From the NCBI GenBank assembly GCA_043803945.1, contig JAZDJN010000111.1, positions 1 to 64,000 on the forward strand: a DNA stretch of 64,000 nucleotides. The letters run 5' to 3'. Within the stretch, counting starts at the first letter, position 1. Every line of letters starts with the position of its first letter. Below are positions 11,830-21,577 of the stretch, in pieces. Origin of the DNA: a bacterium. Lineage in GTDB: Bacteria > Bacteroidota > Ignavibacteria > UBA10030. The notes below the pieces were generated by a model, which saw nothing but the letters and a program-made list of their open reading frames with translations, made no database searches and was not told where the DNA came from. The translations under genes and the position numbers were made by a program.

Positions 11830-13417
11830 CCGTTACTTCTCTAATAAGCTCAGTTTGTGTTTTCATCAGGTGATAGGAGAGACCTTCCACCAATGCGATC
11901 CAGCTTGCCTCTATGATATCAGTTGAGACACCAACCGTGTTCCACGCAAGATGATTGGTGCGATTCGTTATAAGAACTCGAACCTTCGCACTTGTTCCAT
12001 CCTGACCATCGAGGACTCTGACCTTGTAATCGGCAAGATAAATCTGCCTGAGTTCAGGATAGAATTTGTCCAATGCCTTTCGCAGAGCGTTATCGAGTGC
12101 ATTGACCGGCCCATTCCCTTCTGCGGCAGTATATTCAACCTCATCACCGACACGCACCTTAATCAATGCTTCTGATTTCGGCTGCGCGTCCATCGACTCT
12201 TTGTGGATGATCACTTTAAATCCTTCAAGCTCAAAAAAATCCTCCCAGTCCTCCGTCGATTTCCGTATCAGCAGTTCCAGTGAACCATCGGCATCTTCAT
12301 AGCGATAACCCCGGTATTCACGGTCCTTTATCTCATCGACAAGTTGTTTGATGTTGGAAGATTGTTGTGAGAGATCGATGCCAAGCTCTTCAGCCTTATA
12401 AACGATATTACTCTTCCCCGAAAGATCGGAGACAAGTACCCTGCGTTTGTTGCCAACCAGTTCAGGATTGAGATGTTCATACGTCTGCGGCAATTTCATT
12501 ACAGCACTCACATGGACACCTCCTTTGTGGGCAAATGCACTCTGGCCGACGAAAGGAAGATTTTTCGAGTGTGCATGGTTTGCACACTCGCTGACAAAGT
12601 GCGAGAGTGACGTCAATGCACTCAATTGGTCAGTATCTACACAATGATACCCCAGTTTGATCTGCAGATTAGGGATGACGGAACAGAGATTGGCATTTCC
12701 GACACGTTCTCCGAAGCCATTGATCGTTCCCTGGACGTGTATCGCACCGGCATTTACAGCAGATAATGAATTTGCCACAGCGAGCTCACTGTCATTATGG
12801 GCATGAATTCCGATTGGCGTGTGAAGCGTTTGGCGTACTTTACTGAGAATTACTTCGACTTCGTGAGGAAGCGTTCCGCCGTTCGTATCACACAGGACAA
12901 TTACGTCAGCCCCAGCAGATTCTGCAGCAACAATCGTCTCCAGTGCATACGAGGCATCATCCTTGAATCCATCAAAAAAGTGTTCCGCATCGTAAATCAC
13001 CTCACGACCGCTGGCTTTTAGGAGTGCCACCGATTCGTTGATCATGCTTAAGTTCTCATTCCTACTGATCTGCAGGGCCTCATGGACATGCATCAACCAA
13101 CTCTTGCCAAAGATCGTTACGACTGGTGTGTTTGCCTCCAGGAGCTGATTCAAATTAGGATCAGCCGATGCGCTGCAATTCGCACGCCTTGTACTCCCAA
13201 ACGCTGCGAGTTTGGCATGATGGAAGTGGACTTCTTTTGCCAGACGGAAAAATTCAAGATCGCGCGGATTCGATCCTGGCCATCCTCCTTCGACATAATC
13301 CATTCCAAATGCATCGAGATGCTGAGCAACTCTGAGTTTATCCTCAACGGAGAAAGAGACTTCCTCTCCCTGGGAACCGTCGCGCAACGTTGTATCATAA
13401 AGAAATATTTTTTTCAT
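11819..13417 (-). CDS. cimA: Citramalate synthase
   Basis: YDTTLRDGSQGE, EGGWPGSNP, YDAEHFFDG, AFAHKGGVH, typical of the bacterial CimA clade. ATG 13417 preferred over TTG 13459. Confidence 0.88.
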   Translation of the reverse strand: MKKIFLYDTTLRDGSQGEEVSFSVEDKLRVAQHLDAFGMDYVEGGWPGSNPRDLEFFRLAKEVHFHHAKLAAFGSTRRANCSASADPNLNQLLEANTPVVTIFGKSWLMHVHEALQISRNENLSMINESVALLKASGREVIYDAEHFFDGFKDDASYALETIVAAESAGADVIVLCDTNGGTLPHEVEVILSKVRQTLHTPIGIHAHNDSELAVANSLSAVNAGAIHVQGTINGFGERVGNANLCSVIPNLQIKLGYHCVDTDQLSALTSLSHFVSECANHAHSKNLPFVGQSAFAHKGGVHVSAVMKLPQTYEHLNPELVGNKRRVLVSDLSGKSNIVYKAEELGIDLSQQSSNIKQLVDEIKDREYRGYRYEDADGSLELLIRKSTEDWEDFFELEGFKVIIHKESMDAQPKSEALIKVRVGDEVEYTAAEGNGPVNALDNALRKALDKFYPELRQIYLADYKVRVLDGQDGTSAKVRVLITNRTNHLAWNTVGVSTDIIEASWIALVEGLSYHLMKTQTELIREVTDGK

Positions 13418-13443
13418 CGAAGCCGTTCCTTGGTCTGTCGAAA

Positions 13444-14502
13444 TTATTCCTTTTTCCAATTCTCAGGACGCAGCGATCTCACAGCAGCACCCGCTTGCCA
13501 CATCTCAGAGTCCTGCCACTCGTTGAGTTCTTTCTCTAGTTTCTGCCGATAGTCGGAAGAGCTGCAGCTATCGAGGACGCGTTGCGATTCAATTCCCTGA
13601 CGAACGCTTGAATACAGAGATTCGAAGAGAGGCTTTGCCGCCGCTTCAAATTTTTTCGACCAATCGAGAGCACCGCGCTGTGCCGTAGTGCTGCAGGAGG
13701 CAAACATCCAATCCATGCCATTTTTTCCAATGAGGGGGTATAAACTTTGGGTTGCTTCTTCAACTGTTTCGTTGAATGCCTCACTTGGAGAATGGCCCAT
13801 GGCCCGGAGTGTATCATACTGCGCCTTCATCAAGCCTGCGATCGCTCCCATCAACACACCCCGCTCACCTGTCAGGTCACTGAGAACTTCCTTTTCAAAG
13901 GTTGTGGGGAAGAGATAACCCGAGCCGATTGCAATACCGAGAGCCAGCGTTCGTTCCTGTGCTCGTCCGGTGGCATCCTGAAAGATCGCGTAGCTGGAAT
14001 TGATGCCGCTTCCGGAGAGATAGTTCGAACGAACTGTTCTCCCTGCACCTTTGGGTGCAACCAGGATCACATCGACATCAGGAGGTGGAACAACACCAGT
14101 TTGATCTTTGAACACCACCGAGAATCCGTGAGAAAAATAAAGTGCCTGTCCCTTCCTGAGGTTTTTCTTGACAACGTCCCATTGATCGCGCTGCCCTGCA
14201 TCGGAAAGAAGGTATTGCACAACCGTAGCTTTCTGAATTGCATCGGCGATATCAGAAAAGAGTGTGGTTCCTTCCACCCAGCCATCGTTGACTGCATCAT
14301 TCCATCCCTTACCGCCTTTCCGCTGCCCAAGCATTACTGAGATTCCATTATCACGAAGATTCAACGCCTGCCCCTGTCCTTGCGGACCATAGCCGATAAT
14401 GGCAACCACTTCGTTTCGAAGTACCTCTTGCGCTTTTGAAAGCGGAAATTCTTCCCGCGTCACTACATCTTCTACGACACCACCAAAATTAATTCGAGCC
14501 AT
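13444..14502 (-). CDS. ilvC: Ketol-acid reductoisomerase (Bacteroidota/fungal type)
   Basis: IIGYGPQG, FSHGF, VAPKG, SDLTGERG; N-terminus ARINFGGVVEDVVTREEFP. Confidence 0.95.
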   Translation of the reverse strand: MARINFGGVVEDVVTREEFPLSKAQEVLRNEVVAIIGYGPQGQGQALNLRDNGISVMLGQRKGGKGWNDAVNDGWVEGTTLFSDIADAIQKATVVQYLLSDAGQRDQWDVVKKNLRKGQALYFSHGFSVVFKDQTGVVPPPDVDVILVAPKGAGRTVRSNYLSGSGINSSYAIFQDATGRAQERTLALGIAIGSGYLFPTTFEKEVLSDLTGERGVLMGAIAGLMKAQYDTLRAMGHSPSEAFNETVEEATQSLYPLIGKNGMDWMFASCSTTAQRGALDWSKKFEAAAKPLFESLYSSVRQGIESQRVLDSCSSSDYRQKLEKELNEWQDSEMWQAGAAVRSLRPENWKKE

Positions 14503-14615
14503 TGTTACTCCTTCATTGATTCGTTGTCTCTGTGTTGAAATCATACAATTAATTTGTCATCGGCGAACCGTGACTCTGAAGCGAACTCGCTCCAGTATCA
14601 CTCCTTGTTTGGATA

Positions 14616-15107
14616 TCATACCTCTCCCTGAAATTCACGCTTCAGGGCAACCTGGCCTGTTCTCGCCATTTCCCGAATGCCGAATGGACTCAACATCTTA
14701 ATGATTGCATCGACCTTTTGTTTTCCACCCGTTGCTTCGAGTGTCACGGTTTTCGGACTGATGTCGACGACTTTCGCACGGAAGACCTCTGCAATCTGCA
14801 TCACTTCCGGACGGGTCGATTGTGTACAGTGCACCTTGATCAACGCCAGTTCCCGCTCAACGAAGTCATCAAACGTTAGATCGATCACTTTGATGACATC
14901 AATCAGTTTGTTCAACTGCTTCGTGATCTGTTCGATCACCTGATCATCGCCCCGGGTGACAATCGTCATCCGTGAAATATCGCGTTCTTCTGTCGCTCCA
15001 ACCGTCAGGCTATCGATGTTGTAAGCCTTCGCGGCAAACATCCCAGCCACGCGAATGAATGCGCCATGCTTATTCTCGACCAACACGGCTATGGTATGCT
15101 GTTTCAT
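14616..15107 (-). CDS. ilvN: Acetolactate synthase small subunit
   Basis: ACT domain; EQITKQLNKLIDV, ERELALIKV, E.ARTG. Confidence 0.95.
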   Translation of the reverse strand: MKQHTIAVLVENKHGAFIRVAGMFAAKAYNIDSLTVGATEERDISRMTIVTRGDDQVIEQITKQLNKLIDVIKVIDLTFDDFVERELALIKVHCTQSTRPEVMQIAEVFRAKVVDISPKTVTLEATGGKQKVDAIIKMLSPFGIREMARTGQVALKREFQGEV

Positions 15108-15109
15108 GC

Positions 15110-16888
15110 TTATCCTTTCACATGAATCATAACATCACTTGGATGGCCCTGCTGTTCGGAGGATTGCGGAACAGGTTCCGGAGTATCCATAATCTCATTG
15201 ACGGTTTGCCCTGCGGGAATCATTGGATAGACATTGTCCTCACACTGGACGACGAACTCTACCAAGATGGGACCATCCTTCCATACCATCGCCGTCCGTA
15301 TCGATGATTCGAGTTCCATTGTCTCCGTCACACGAAATGCATGGATGCCATAAGCCTCTGCGACTTTCACAAAATCCGGACTCTGCATTTTGACATGGGA
15401 ATAGCGTTTTCGCCAGAACAGTTCCTGCCATTGTCGCACCATTCCCAAATATCCATTGTTGATGATGAAGATTTTCAGGGGCAATTGATGCTCGGCGATG
15501 GTTGCCAACTCCTGGATGTTCATCTGAAATCCACCATCACCACTTATCGAGATGACCGGTAAGTCGCGTTGCGCAAACGCAGCACCCATTGCAGCCGGAA
15601 GAGAAAATCCCATCGTTCCCAATCCGCCGGAGCTAATGTGAGTGCGAGGATATTTCCATCGGAAGAATTGCGCAGCCCACATTTGATGTTGGCCGACATC
15701 TGTCACGACAATGGCATTCCCCTTTGTTACTTCTCCCAGCGTATGAATGACATGCTGAGCCCGAAGTTCAGCTCCCTGTGAATAGCGGAGTGGATGCTCA
15801 CGTTTCCACTGGTCGATTGTTTTGAGCCAATCCTCTGTCGGCAATGGTTCGACCAAATCCAAAAGTTTTTTTAAGACCCGTTTGACATCGCCCACGATCG
15901 GGACATCGACTTTGACGTTCTTACTAATCGCACTGGGATCGATATCGATATGAATTTTTTTCGCTTCAGGTGCGAATGCTTCAACCTTACCGGTAACCCG
16001 ATCATCGAAGCGGGCCCCTACAGCAATCAACAGGTCACAATAATTCACTGCCACATTCGAGTACCATGTGCCGTGCATTCCGAGCATTCCAAGAGAGAGC
16101 GTATTGTCTTCAGGAAATGAACCAAGCCCATGGAGTGTAGTCGTGACGGGACAGCGAAGTTTTTCCGCAAATGCCGTCAACTCGACCGAAGCGTTTGATT
16201 GCAGCACTCCACCTCCGACATAGAGAAGCGGCCGTTTTGCCGATTTAATCATCGCGGCGGCAACTGATATCTGTTTATTATGTCCTTCCAATGTCGGTTT
16301 ATAACTCCGCATTGCCACTGATTTTGGATATTCAAAGTGTGTTTTTTGCGCCATGACATCTTTAGGTAAATCGACGACCACGGGTCCGGGCCTTCCGGTA
16401 GCAGCAATGTAAAATGCTTCCTTCACCGTTTTGGCTAATTCATTCACATCGCGAACAAGAAAACTGTGCTTTGTAATCGGGCGTGTAATGCCTATGATAT
16501 CTGCCTCCTGAAAAGCATCGTTGCCGATCATTTTCAGAGCAACCTGACCTGTAAAGACAACCAGAGGAATTGAATCCATAAACGCATCGGCAATTCCCGT
16601 CACTGTGTTTGTTGCACCCGGTCCCGAAGTTACAAGGGCAACACCAACCTTACCGGTTGCTTTCGCATATCCTTCAGCGGCGTGCGTTGCTCCTTGCTCA
16701 TGCCTGGTTAAGACGTGCTTGATACTGGTGATATCATGCAATGCATCATAGATGCCGATAACTGCTCCGCCGGGGTAGCCGAACACCACATCAACTCCCT
16801 CCTCCACAAGGCTGCGGACAAAAATTTCAGCTCCTGTCATTTGCCGATGGTGAGTGGATGCTTGCTGTTGAGTTTTTGATGGTGACAT
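15110..16888 (-). CDS. ilvB: Acetolactate synthase large subunit
   Basis: FGYPGGAV, RHEQ, TSGPGATN, GQHQMW, GDGGFQMN. Confidence 0.96.
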   Translation of the reverse strand: MSPSKTQQQASTHHRQMTGAEIFVRSLVEEGVDVVFGYPGGAVIGIYDALHDITSIKHVLTRHEQGATHAAEGYAKATGKVGVALVTSGPGATNTVTGIADAFMDSIPLVVFTGQVALKMIGNDAFQEADIIGITRPITKHSFLVRDVNELAKTVKEAFYIAATGRPGPVVVDLPKDVMAQKTHFEYPKSVAMRSYKPTLEGHNKQISVAAAMIKSAKRPLLYVGGGVLQSNASVELTAFAEKLRCPVTTTLHGLGSFPEDNTLSLGMLGMHGTWYSNVAVNYCDLLIAVGARFDDRVTGKVEAFAPEAKKIHIDIDPSAISKNVKVDVPIVGDVKRVLKKLLDLVEPLPTEDWLKTIDQWKREHPLRYSQGAELRAQHVIHTLGEVTKGNAIVVTDVGQHQMWAAQFFRWKYPRTHISSGGLGTMGFSLPAAMGAAFAQRDLPVISISGDGGFQMNIQELATIAEHQLPLKIFIINNGYLGMVRQWQELFWRKRYSHVKMQSPDFVKVAEAYGIHAFRVTETMELESSIRTAMVWKDGPILVEFVVQCEDNVYPMIPAGQTVNEIMDTPEPVPQSSEQQGHPSDVMIHVKG

Positions 16889-16926
16889 TGTACACCTGTG
16901 TTAGTTCATGAAACTTTTTGTTAGGC

Positions 16927-17010
16927 TGCCGCCAAGTGCGCCAAGATAAAAATAGAGATAATGTGTGATTACCGATCCATTCAATTTTCTTTCTTGGCGT
17001 TTTTGCGGCA
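16927..17010. repeat. REP/MITE-like intergenic inverted repeat
   Basis: TGCCGCCAAGTGCGCCAAGA ... TCTTGGCGTTTTTGCGGCA arms around an AT-rich spacer. Confidence 0.7.
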
Positions 17011-17125
17011 TTGTTTCTAAAAGTTCTCATTGCGAGAAGTCCCACCTCAAACCAGATCCGAGGAAAGGGTTGGGCAGGACTTGGCCACCCACATGTTTGG
17101 CGGGTTGCCCGATTCGCAATGAGGA

Positions 17126-18817
17126 TCATTCAGTTTCTCCATTCAAATCTGTAATCGCACCGAGGCTGCTGCTCGAAACGAGCTGTGCGTATTTCCATAA
17201 GACTCCGCTTGTGTATCGCAATTCAGGCTTCTTCCAGGTTCGTTTTCGTTTTTCAAGTTCTTCCGCTGAAACATGAAGTTCGAGACAATTCTTCGATGCA
17301 TCGATTGTGATCTGATCATTCTCCTGCACCAAGGCGACTGGTCCGCCAACGGCTGCCTCCGGTGCAACGTGACCGACAACCATTCCAAATGAGCCGCCGG
17401 AGAATCGTCCGTCTGTTATCAATGCAACATGTTCACCAAGCCCGGCACCGATGATGGCAGATGTTGGAGCAAGCATTTCACGCATCCCGGGTCCGCCCTT
17501 CGGGCCTTCATAACGAATGACGATAATGTTCCCTTTCTGAATATTTCCAGCGAGTATTGCTTTCAGGCATTCTTCCTCTGAATGGAACACTCTTGCGGGG
17601 CCTTTTATGTATGGATATTTCACACCGGTCACTTTCGCAACTGCACCTTCCGGAGCGAGGTTGCCTTTCAGTATGACAAGATGCCCTTGGGCATACAACG
17701 GTTTTTCCCAGGGACGGATTACCTGCTGGTCCGGAGATGGAGTTGGTGGAACCGCAGTGAGAACTTCGGCAACAGTTTTTCCTGAGATTGTCAGTGCATC
17801 GCCATGCAGCACTCCATGATCGAATAACATTTTCATGATCTGAGGCACACCGCCCGCTTTATGAAATTCGGTTGTCACATATTTTCCTGAAGGCTTGAGA
17901 TCGCAAAGGACCGGAACACGCCGGCGGATTGATTCAAAATCGTCGATGCTTAATGGTACTTTTGCTGAACGTGCGATAGCAAGAAGATGCAGCACCGCAT
18001 TGGTTGAACCGCCAACAGCCATTACAACGGCAATTGCATTTTCAAATGCTTTCCTCGTGAGAATCGATTTAGGCAGGATGGTATTTCGCACAGCTTCTGC
18101 AAGTACTTCGGCTGATTGTTCGGTGCTCTCCTCCTTCTCTGCATCCTCCGCTGCCATTGTTGAAGAGAAAGGCAGGCTCATGCCCATTGCTTCGATCGCA
18201 GAGGCCATCGTGTTAGCGGTATACATGCCACCGCAGGATCCTGCACCCGGACATGCATTGCGTTCGACTGCTTCCAGTTCATCCTTTCCAATTTTGTTTG
18301 CACTGAACTGCCCCACTGCTTCGAATGCACTGACGATGGTCAGGTCTTTACCGTTAAGATGCCCTGGCTTGATGGTTCCGCCATAGACAAAGACGGCAGG
18401 GATATTCAAACGGGCTATCGCCATCATTGCGCCGGGCATATTTTTATCACACCCTCCGATTGCCAGGAGGCCATCGACTGCATGCGCATTACAGACCGTT
18501 TCAATAGAATCGGCGATGACTTCACGGGAAACCAGGGAATACTTCATCCCTTCGGTACCCATAGAGATGCCGTCACTTACAGTGATCGTTCCGAACTCGA
18601 ACGGCATGGTTTGGGCATTTCGCAGCGCAACAACTGCATGATCCGTCAAACCATCCAAGCCGATATTGCAGGGTGTGACAGTACTATAGCCATTAGCGAC
18701 TGCGATAAGCGGCTTGTCGAAATCGGCATCCTTGAAACCGACAGCACGCAGCATAGCGCGATTCGGTGTCCGTTCGATTCCTTGGGTGATGAGGCTGCTG
18801 CGTAAATTATGACTCAT
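17126..18817 (-). CDS. ilvD: Dihydroxy-acid dehydratase
   Basis: [45 protein letters not shown]; ATG 18817. Confidence 0.96.
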   Translation of the reverse strand: MSHNLRSSLITQGIERTPNRAMLRAVGFKDADFDKPLIAVANGYSTVTPCNIGLDGLTDHAVVALRNAQTMPFEFGTITVSDGISMGTEGMKYSLVSREVIADSIETVCNAHAVDGLLAIGGCDKNMPGAMMAIARLNIPAVFVYGGTIKPGHLNGKDLTIVSAFEAVGQFSANKIGKDELEAVERNACPGAGSCGGMYTANTMASAIEAMGMSLPFSSTMAAEDAEKEESTEQSAEVLAEAVRNTILPKSILTRKAFENAIAVVMAVGGSTNAVLHLLAIARSAKVPLSIDDFESIRRRVPVLCDLKPSGKYVTTEFHKAGGVPQIMKMLFDHGVLHGDALTISGKTVAEVLTAVPPTPSPDQQVIRPWEKPLYAQGHLVILKGNLAPEGAVAKVTGVKYPYIKGPARVFHSEEECLKAILAGNIQKGNIIVIRYEGPKGGPGMREMLAPTSAIIGAGLGEHVALITDGRFSGGSFGMVVGHVAPEAAVGGPVALVQENDQITIDASKNCLELHVSAEELEKRKRTWKKPELRYTSGVLWKYAQLVSSSSLGAITDLNGETE

Positions 18818-19078
18818 GAGGATATGCCTTTTGAGATTGATGACGAGTGAATGACAGAGTGGTATCAAGTGGGAATGGAGACAATAGGTGGTAATGAGTG
18901 TTCTTCAGACGAGAGCCCAGAGTTCCGCCGGGTCGCCGAGAAGAGTCAGAAGAATAAATTTGTCGTACCAAAATGTTCACCATGCGCATAAATACTCCAT
19001 TGCGCCGGAGGCGAACCTTGCATTACTTTTTTCTTTTTAGGGATTTTTTCGGGTATGCTTGGTAACCTCCGGCGTCTA

Positions 19079-19213
19079 TTAGCCAATAATAAGGCTAAGA
19101 ACGAGGAGGTTAATAATAAGGATGAGGCTAAGGGATAGGGCAAGAACAGGACGCACGCTGCTGCCGAGTGTGTTCTTTAATTGGATTGCGATATTTTTCT
19201 TGCCGTTTGTCAC
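19079..19213 (-). CDS. ilv-leu operon leader peptide (44 aa)
   Basis: Not in ORF track. GTG 19213 to TAA 19079 encodes MTNGKKNIAIQLKNTLGSSVRPVLALSLSLILIINLLVLSLIIG; 17 of residues 20-43 are L/I/V. Lies between the promoter and ilvD. Confidence 0.8.
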   Translation of the reverse strand: MTNGKKNIAIQLKNTLGSSVRPVLALSLSLILIINLLVLSLIIG

Positions 19214-19239
19214 TTTAGTTAGGTAAACTGACTACTACC

Positions 19240-19267
19240 AATATAATAAAATCCCGCGCGATGTCAA
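19240..19267 (-). promoter_or_regulatory. Sigma70-type promoter of the ilv-leu operon
   Basis: TTGACA-N16-TATATT on the minus strand, just upstream of the leader ORF. Confidence 0.7.
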
Positions 19268-19313
19268 GGGTTGTGTGAGAAAAAAAGAGATTTTTTTGAT
19301 AATCAGGTAGAAG

Positions 19314-19353
19314 GATTCAATGATTCAATGATCCAATTGTCCATTGATCCAAT
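19314..19353. repeat. Degenerate 8-nt tandem repeat
   Basis: GATTCAAT GATTCAAT GATCCAAT TGTCCATT GATCCAAT. Confidence 0.6.
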
Positions 19354-19373
19354 AAGACAGATTCATTCACGTT

Positions 19374-20258
19374 TCAGAACTGTCGCTCCGCGTGGTATGA
19401 GCTTCGCACCAACGGTCCCGACTCAACATATCTGAATCCCATTTCCAGTCCGGCCTCTTTGAGCATCTTGAATTCATCTGGATGAGCGTATCGAATCACA
19501 GGATGATGTTCTTTTGTCGGTTGGAGATACTGTCCGAGTGTGAAGATGTCACAATGCACAGCTCGAATATCTTTCATCACCTCGAGAACCTCTTCATTAC
19601 TCTCACCTAAGCCAAGCATCAGGCCGGTTTTTGTGGTTGCTCCCTTTTGCTTCGCGCGATCGATAACTTCCAGTGATTGTTGATAGTTCGCCTGCATGCG
19701 TACTTTGCGATAGAGACGGGGAACGGTTTCCAGGTTGTGATTAAGGATTTCCGGTTTGGCTGCCAGCACAGTGTCGAGGGCTGTTTCGCTCCCTTTGAAA
19801 TCGGGGATCAATACTTCCACCGTAACTCCCGGGACTTCTTCGTGGATAAGCCGGATTGTTTCGGCGAAGATTGGTGAACCGCCATCTTCCCTTTCATCCC
19901 GATTCACTGAAGTAATGATGGCATGTTTCACCTTCATCACTTTAATGGCTTCCACTACTCTCCGCGGTTCATCCCAATCGAGTCCATAGTCGGGCCGGCC
20001 TGTTTTGACAGCGCAGAAACTGCATGAGCGGGTGCAGATGTCGCCCAGAATCATGAATGTTGCTGTGCCCGAGTGCCAGCATTCACCCATATTCGGACAT
20101 CGTGCTTCTTCGCAAACAGTATGCAAGCGGTGAGAATCGATAAGCGATTTTAATTTCGCATAGCCTTCCCCACCGGGAATTTTCGCTTTCAACCATTCTG
20201 GCCGCCTGGTTGGCAATGGTGTTTGAGTTGTCTGATCGTCTTTGAGAATTGTATCCAT
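19374..20258 (-). CDS. lipA: Lipoyl synthase
   Basis: [27 protein letters not shown]. Confidence 0.97.
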   Translation of the reverse strand: MDTILKDDQTTQTPLPTRRPEWLKAKIPGGEGYAKLKSLIDSHRLHTVCEEARCPNMGECWHSGTATFMILGDICTRSCSFCAVKTGRPDYGLDWDEPRRVVEAIKVMKVKHAIITSVNRDEREDGGSPIFAETIRLIHEEVPGVTVEVLIPDFKGSETALDTVLAAKPEILNHNLETVPRLYRKVRMQANYQQSLEVIDRAKQKGATTKTGLMLGLGESNEEVLEVMKDIRAVHCDIFTLGQYLQPTKEHHPVIRYAHPDEFKMLKEAGLEMGFRYVESGPLVRSSYHAERQF

Positions 20259-20259
20259 G

Positions 20260-21564
20260 TTAAAATACCTTGCTAAAATCAAACTGTTCTAAATTCAGCA
20301 CTACCCGTTGAATAAATTGGCCTCCGATCGCACCATCGATAATACGATGATCGAACGAGAGTGTCAGATAAACCATGGAACGGATTGCAATAGTGTCATG
20401 TTCTTCATCGTCTGTCAGCACCATCGCTCTTTTCTTGATCGCTCCTACACCGAGAATTGCCACTTGAGGCTGATTGATGATGGGTATGCCAATAATATTG
20501 CCGAAGAAACCATAGTTCGTCAGAGTAAATGTGCCACCCTGAATTTCGTCGGGCTGTAAGTGCTTGCTTCTCGTTCGGACCACAATGTCATTTATTGCCC
20601 TTGTCAATCTAAGAAAATTTTTCTCTTCCACATTCTTCATCACCGGAACTATCAATCCATTCGGTGATGCTACTGCCATACCAAAATGAATGAACTTCTT
20701 AAGGATGATTTTATCGCCCTCGATTGTGCTGTTGAGGATTGGAAATTCCTTTAATGCCTCTATCGCAGCGGAGACGATAAAGGGGGTATAGGTCAGTTTG
20801 AATCCCTCCTGCTGCTCAAACCGGGCAGCATTTGCATCACGGTACTTCACCATTCTGGTGACATCACATTCAGATATGGCCTGAACGTGGGGAGAAGTAT
20901 GCACACTCCTTACCATATGCTCAGCCATTTTCAATTGGATATTATCCATCTGACGCACTTCATACTTTGGAGGCGGATATTTCTGCATGACACTCTTCAT
21001 GTCCAGACGATCCAATTTCATCTCACCGGCAGCAGCTCCGGTGGTTTTCTGTGCGCGCGTTGCGAGATAACCGAGAATATCCTTTTTGGTAACTCTTCCG
21101 TTAAAGCCCGAACCCTGAAGCGTGTTCAATTCGGCAAGCACAATGGATTCCTTCTTTGCAATACTTCTCACCAGAGGCGAGTAGAACCGATCACTCTGAA
21201 ATTCGGAAGAGAGAAGTTGTGGCAGTTCAACTGGAGGCTGAGAAGACAAGCCTGCGTCTGATTGTTTGCCGATTTCCTTCGAACCTTGTTGGACCGGGAC
21301 AGAGATAGTTATTTTTGCGGCAGCGGCGTCTGTTTCGATGATGGCAATGACGGTACCGACATCAACTGTCTCACCTTCTGCGACGACTATCTTCGTCAGT
21401 ACTCCTGCGGATGGCGATGGAATTTCCGAATCGACTTTATCCGTACTGATTTCCAGAATCGATTCATCCTTCTCGATTTTATCGCCGGGTTTCTTCATCC
21501 ACCGAAGGATCTTTCCTTCCTGAATGCTTTCGCCCATTTTCGGCATCACAACGTCAACATGCAT
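20260..21564 (-). CDS. 2-oxoacid dehydrogenase E2 (dihydrolipoamide acyltransferase)
   Basis: Lipoyl domain (ISTDKVDSE), E3-binding domain, catalytic FDHRIIDG; ATG 21564 with GAGGAG RBS. Confidence 0.93.
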   Translation of the reverse strand: MHVDVVMPKMGESIQEGKILRWMKKPGDKIEKDESILEISTDKVDSEIPSPSAGVLTKIVVAEGETVDVGTVIAIIETDAAAAKITISVPVQQGSKEIGKQSDAGLSSQPPVELPQLLSSEFQSDRFYSPLVRSIAKKESIVLAELNTLQGSGFNGRVTKKDILGYLATRAQKTTGAAAGEMKLDRLDMKSVMQKYPPPKYEVRQMDNIQLKMAEHMVRSVHTSPHVQAISECDVTRMVKYRDANAARFEQQEGFKLTYTPFIVSAAIEALKEFPILNSTIEGDKIILKKFIHFGMAVASPNGLIVPVMKNVEEKNFLRLTRAINDIVVRTRSKHLQPDEIQGGTFTLTNYGFFGNIIGIPIINQPQVAILGVGAIKKRAMVLTDDEEHDTIAIRSMVYLTLSFDHRIIDGAIGGQFIQRVVLNLEQFDFSKVF

Positions 21565-21577
21565 TCTCTGCTCCTCA

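Noticed and set aside
17040-17115. Resemblance to a c-di-GMP-I riboswitch (GGCAACCC...GGG...CAAG)
   Set aside because: Lacks the GNRA tetraloop and GCAAAGC junction; kept only as a generic structured RNA candidate.
18946-19143. 65-aa ORF in the ilv leader region
   Set aside because: Alternative frame of the leader peptide, running across the hairpin region; no protein-like features.
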